A DNA stretch of 47,584 nt. Origin: a virus (taxonomy: Duplodnaviria > Caudoviricetes). The translations under genes were made by a program, and so were the position numbers. Below, piece after piece: positions 44,223-47,584 of the stretch; position 1 is the stretch's first letter, and every line of letters starts with the position of its first letter. The stretch lies in the IMG/VR virus record IMGVR_UViG_3300033417_000014, positions 1 through 47,584 of that record. One strand, 5' to 3'. The notes beneath the pieces are model-generated. The model worked only from the letters and a program-made list of their open reading frames with translations, searched no databases and was not told the origin of the DNA.

Positions 44223-44654
44223 TCAGTATCCCGAGCGGAGCGCGAAAGCGCCGACGATCACAAACACGATGAACCCAATGATCGCCAGGATGATCGCCGC
44301 GGGGACCAGCGCGATCGCCGCCTTGACGAACAGCGACACGAGCTGGCCGAAGCTGATATCGACGTCAACCACGGTCACGCGCTGAATCGGTGGCCCGCCG
44401 GGTGGGCCCGCCGGGTGCTCACGGTGTGGCACGCCCGCACCCGCGAGGTAAGCCTCGCGCCTCGCTTCCGCACTGACCGGCTTGGCCAAGTGCTGCACGC
44501 CTGCGAGATACGCCTGCGCGTCGTGAGCCGCTGCTGCGTTCGGATATTCCGTGACGACGCGCCGAAACAGCGCCACAGCCTCGTCGGTCTCGCCGCGTCG
44601 CTCAGCTGCCCAAGCCTGAGACAGGAGCGAATCCGCAGCATCGCTTTTCTCCAC
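44223..44654 (-). CDS. TPR-like plus C-terminal TM protein
   Basis: DEAVALFRRVVTEYPN; VTVVDVDISFGQLVSLFVK followed by a long hydrophobic helix. Confidence 0.6.
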   Translation of the reverse strand: MEKSDAADSLLSQAWAAERRGETDEAVALFRRVVTEYPNAAAAHDAQAYLAGVQHLAKPVSAEARREAYLAGAGVPHREHPAGPPGGPPIQRVTVVDVDISFGQLVSLFVKAAIALVPAAIILAIIGFIVFVIVGAFALRSGY

Positions 44655-44833
44655 GGTCTTTCTCCTTCTTCGTTCGTGACCGGAGCCGAGAGCCTACCAC
44701 CGTTAGCCGCCCTCGAGCGCCTGCTCCTCGTGGCGGCGCTCGCTTTCTATCTCGGCGCCGTTGCGCTTCAGACGCTCGACCGTCTGTACGTCGCGCCGCT
44801 CACCACCACCATCAACCGCTTGGAGAATCCGCA

Positions 44834-45286
44834 ATGACCGATTCACCCGCGACCAGGGCCGCTGCACCCCCGCTCGCCCATCCACGTTACGAGCTGCTCA
44901 CCGAATCCGGCGACGTCGTCCTCGACGGCGGCGTGATCGTGCGCGACACGACGACGCGCCTCGAGTGGACGCGAGAGCCGGTGTCGGCGAAGAGCTTGAC
45001 CTGGACCCAGGCCGACGCCGCGTGCAAGGAGTTGCGCCTCGGCGGACACGACGACTGGCGCCTACCGACGCGTCTCGAGCTGTTCATGCTCGTCGACGAG
45101 ACGCGCTTCGATCCAGCGATCGATCCGGTCTTCGAGTGCCGGCCGGGCTGGTACTGGACGAGCACACCATACGCGCCGTCGCCCGGCGACTACGCGTGGT
45201 ACGTCTACTTCGGCTACGGCTACGCGGCCTGGCGCAACCGCTACCACTCCGGGTTCGTCCGCGCCGTGCGCGCCAGTCAGTCATAG
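44834..45286 (+). CDS. DGR target 2, DUF1566/CLec-like protein
   Basis: VRDTTTRLEW, GGHDDWRLPTRLEL and WYWTST..VRAVR; GGAG RBS. Confidence 0.9.
   Translation: MTDSPATRAAAPPLAHPRYELLTESGDVVLDGGVIVRDTTTRLEWTREPVSAKSLTWTQADAACKELRLGGHDDWRLPTRLELFMLVDETRFDPAIDPVFECRPGWYWTSTPYAPSPGDYAWYVYFGYGYAAWRNRYHSGFVRAVRASQS
45173..45277 (+). repeat. DGR variable repeat VR2
   Basis: 12 mismatches to TR, all opposite adenines. Confidence 0.95.
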
Positions 45287-45351
45287 GCCATTGGAGTAGG
45301 CGCGATGAACCACGAGATCACTGCCACGATCGCCCACCTGGAGAGCCAACG

Positions 45352-45693
45352 ATGAGCGCGGCGATCGCGGGCCACGATTGCGCCGGCGCGGATTGCATCG
45401 TGTGCCGCGGGCGCGGCGCGGTCGACGAGCTCGATCTCAAAGCGTTCGGCCGCGTCATCGTGCTGCGCGCGCATCGCGGCAGCAGCGACGTAACTCTGTC
45501 GGTATACCGCGCCAATGACCGCGGCGGCCGGCAGCTCGCTTACGCCAGCGGAAGCTGCAGCGAGATTCGATTGCGAGAAGGCGCGTGGGGCTGGGAGCTC
45601 TGGATCGGCCGCGCCGCTTTCGACCTCGACACCGCGGAGCGAGGCCGCGTCGAGCAATTCCTCAACACCGGCCATCACTTGGAGGGCCCATGA
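45352..45693 (+). CDS. Hypothetical protein between targets 2 and 3
   Basis: HDC..DCIVC N-terminus; GGAG RBS; ATGA coupling to target 3. Confidence 0.6.
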   Translation: MSAAIAGHDCAGADCIVCRGRGAVDELDLKAFGRVIVLRAHRGSSDVTLSVYRANDRGGRQLAYASGSCSEIRLREGAWGWELWIGRAAFDLDTAERGRVEQFLNTGHHLEGP

Positions 45694-46250
45694 GCGAAGA
45701 ACAGATCAGCAAGCTCGTCGACGAGGGAGGCTTGGACCGTTCCGAAGCGACGATCGCGGATCAGATCCGCGCCGCCCAGGCGGCAGTAGCGTCGTGGCCA
45801 GACGGCGTGCGCCTCGCGATGGGGTTGCCCGCGCGCGGCACGCAGCCGCGCTTCGAGCTCCTTTCCGAAGCAGGCGACGTCGTCCGCGACGGCGGCGCGA
45901 TCGTGCGCGACACGACGACGCGCCTCGAGTGGACGCGAGAGCCGGTGTCGGCGAAACGCTTGACCTGGACCAAGGCCGACGCCGCGTGCAAGGAGTTGCG
46001 CCTCGGCGGACACGACGACTGGCGTCTACCGACCCGTGTGGAGCTGTTCATGCTCGTCGACGAAACGCGCTTCGATCCGGCGATCGATCCCGTCTTCCAG
46101 TGTGGGCCGAACTGGTTCTGGACGTCGACGCCGTACGCGCCGTCGCCCGGCGACTACGCGTGGGGCGTCATCTTCCGCAACGGCTACGCGATCTGGGGCT
46201 ACCGCGGCGGCTCCGGGTTCGGCCGCGCCGTGCGCGCCAGTCAGTCATAG
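45690..46250 (+). CDS. DGR target 3, DUF1566/CLec-like protein
   Basis: Same motifs as target 2; GGAGG RBS. Confidence 0.9.
   Translation: MSEEQISKLVDEGGLDRSEATIADQIRAAQAAVASWPDGVRLAMGLPARGTQPRFELLSEAGDVVRDGGAIVRDTTTRLEWTREPVSAKRLTWTKADAACKELRLGGHDDWRLPTRVELFMLVDETRFDPAIDPVFQCGPNWFWTSTPYAPSPGDYAWGVIFRNGYAIWGYRGGSGFGRAVRASQS
46137..46241 (+). repeat. DGR variable repeat VR3
   Basis: 14 mismatches opposite adenines plus one T>G at 46222. Confidence 0.95.
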
Positions 46251-46280
46251 GCCTTTCGGCATTCCACCACGGGGAATCAC

Positions 46281-46811
46281 ATGGGAACGCTCATCTCGGA
46301 GTTGCGCGCGACGATCGTCCGCGGCGTCGACAAGGCAACCAGGCACGAGCTCGCGAGCATCGTCAGTGCGCTGTGCGCGCACGAGGACCTCGGCGAGTTC
46401 ATTCGAACGGCGCCGGAGTTGGCCGCCGCCGCGCCGCGGCTCGAGGTCGTCGGCGAGACGGTACGCGACCACAGCAGCGGCCTAGAGTGGACCCGCGGCC
46501 TCGTGCCCGGCGGGCAGATGGCATGGGAGGCTGCGAAAGCCGCGTGCGAGAAGCTCGAGCTCGACGGCGGAGGTTGGCGCCTGCCGACGATCCAGGAGCT
46601 GCTCACGCTCGTCGACTACGAGCGACACGATCCTGCGATCGATACGACGATCTTCACGGGGTGCCCGAGCAGCTGGTTCTGGACGTCGACGCCGTACGCG
46701 CCGTCGCCCGGCGACTGCGCGTGGGGCGTCCGCTTCGGCTACGGCGACGCGTACTGGAACGGCCGCAGCCTCTCCGGGTTCGTCCGCGCCGTGCGCGCCA
46801 GTCAGTCATAG
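46281..46811 (+). CDS. DGR target 4, DUF1566/CLec-like protein
   Basis: VRDHSSGLEW, GWRLPTIQEL and WFWTST..VRAVR. Confidence 0.9.
   Translation: MGTLISELRATIVRGVDKATRHELASIVSALCAHEDLGEFIRTAPELAAAAPRLEVVGETVRDHSSGLEWTRGLVPGGQMAWEAAKAACEKLELDGGGWRLPTIQELLTLVDYERHDPAIDTTIFTGCPSSWFWTSTPYAPSPGDCAWGVRFGYGDAYWNGRSLSGFVRAVRASQS
46698..46802 (+). repeat. DGR variable repeat VR4
   Basis: 15 mismatches to TR, all opposite adenines. Confidence 0.95.
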
Positions 46812-46829
46812 GCTCATTGGGTCCGAGCG

Positions 46830-47264
46830 ATGACGCAGGCGGCGCCACCGATCGTGCAACTCGCGGGTCGCGTTCTTCGCGAGCTCGAGGAGATCGTGCG
46901 CAGCTTCCCGCGCTATCACAAGTACGCGGTCGGCGCCGAGCTCCGCGCGATCGCGCGCACGGTCACGCGCTGCGCGCACCGCGCGTGGCGCGATCAGGGC
47001 CGGCGCGCCGACTGGGTCGGCCGCCTCGTCTTCGCCGTGGACGATCTCAAGTTCACCATTCAGCTGGCTAAAGACGTCCGGGCGTTCAAGAGCTTCGCGC
47101 AGTTCGAGGCGCTCGTCCGGATCGTTTCCGCCCTCGGCCAGCAGTGTGGAGGGTGGCAGAAGCAGCTACGGCGTTCGAACGGCCAGAACCGGATGGGATC
47201 AGCCCAAGCCGGGCGTGCCGAGATACTGAGTACCCGCGCCGCCTCGACCGAGGCTCACGTATGA
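46830..47264 (+). CDS. avd: DGR accessory variability determinant (four-helix bundle)
   Basis: FPRYHKYAVGAELR..LGQQCGGW; sits between the last target and TR/RT. Confidence 0.88.
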   Translation: MTQAAPPIVQLAGRVLRELEEIVRSFPRYHKYAVGAELRAIARTVTRCAHRAWRDQGRRADWVGRLVFAVDDLKFTIQLAKDVRAFKSFAQFEALVRIVSALGQQCGGWQKQLRRSNGQNRMGSAQAGRAEILSTRAASTEAHV

Positions 47265-47584
47265 CGACGCCGCCCTACCGCGACGGATGGCCGGCCGGGT
47301 CGCAAGCGTGCGGGTTAGCGCCGTCGCCCGGCGACTACGCGTGGAACGTCAACTTCAACAACGGCAACGCGAACTGGAACAACCGCAACAACTCCGGGTT
47401 CGTCCGCGCCGTGCGCGCCAGTGAGTGTCCGGACGCCGTGTCCTTCCGCGATCTCCACGCTGCCTGGCGCGAGGCGCGCCGCGGCAAGCGGCCGAGCGCG
47501 AGCCAGCTCGCGTTCGAGACCTACTGGCTCGACCACTTGCTCGAGCTGCAGGCCGAGCTCAACGCCGGCACCTGGCGGCCGGCG
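47261..47584 (+). CDS. DGR reverse transcriptase, 5' part (contains TR in frame)
   Basis: ATG overlaps the avd stop (ATGA); frame is open through TR into LHAAWREARRGK and across the origin. Confidence 0.8.
   Translation, partial: MTTPPYRDGWPAGSQACGLAPSPGDYAWNVNFNNGNANWNNRNNSGFVRAVRASECPDAVSFRDLHAAWREARRGKRPSASQLAFETYWLDHLLELQAELNAGTWRPA
47318..47422 (+). repeat. DGR template repeat (TR)
   Basis: Ten AAC codons; template for four VRs; followed by GAGTGTCC where the VRs have CAGTCATAG (IMH*/IMH-like divergence). Confidence 0.95.
47458..47584. repeat. Terminal direct repeat (copy 2)
   Basis: Identical to 1-127. Confidence 0.95.

Overview
The window is a complete circular temperate (lambdoid, siphovirus-like) phage of about 47,457 bp. 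Bases 1-127 are identical to 47458-47584, consistent with an assembly overlap. The + strand early arm runs from a CI/Cro switch (43.4-44.2 kb) across the origin to xis/integrase and an attP matching the 3' half of tRNA-Arg(CCU) at about 8.5 kb. The - strand arm carries replication, a Q-like gene, a block of signal-peptide proteins, terminase, head, tail and lysis genes. Two systems stand out. (1) A lower-GC cassette between int and attP holds a RAMP/Cas7-like gene, a ~400-nt non-coding array of GGC-NN pentamers split into units by GGCA spacers, and a conserved accessory gene. This is a candidate non-CRISPR RNA-guided system, resembling what I recall as VIPR. (2) A diversity-generating retroelement has one TR lying in-frame inside the 5' end of the RT gene. 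It feeds four small DUF1566/CLec-type targets in the early operon rather than a tail fibre. Also present: an IS1595-family element with a PAPS-reductase-like passenger, a GIY-YIG domain in frame with the ClpP-capsid gene, and a PagL-like outer-membrane protein beside the lysis genes. All family calls are by eye from motifs and gene context; no searches were run.
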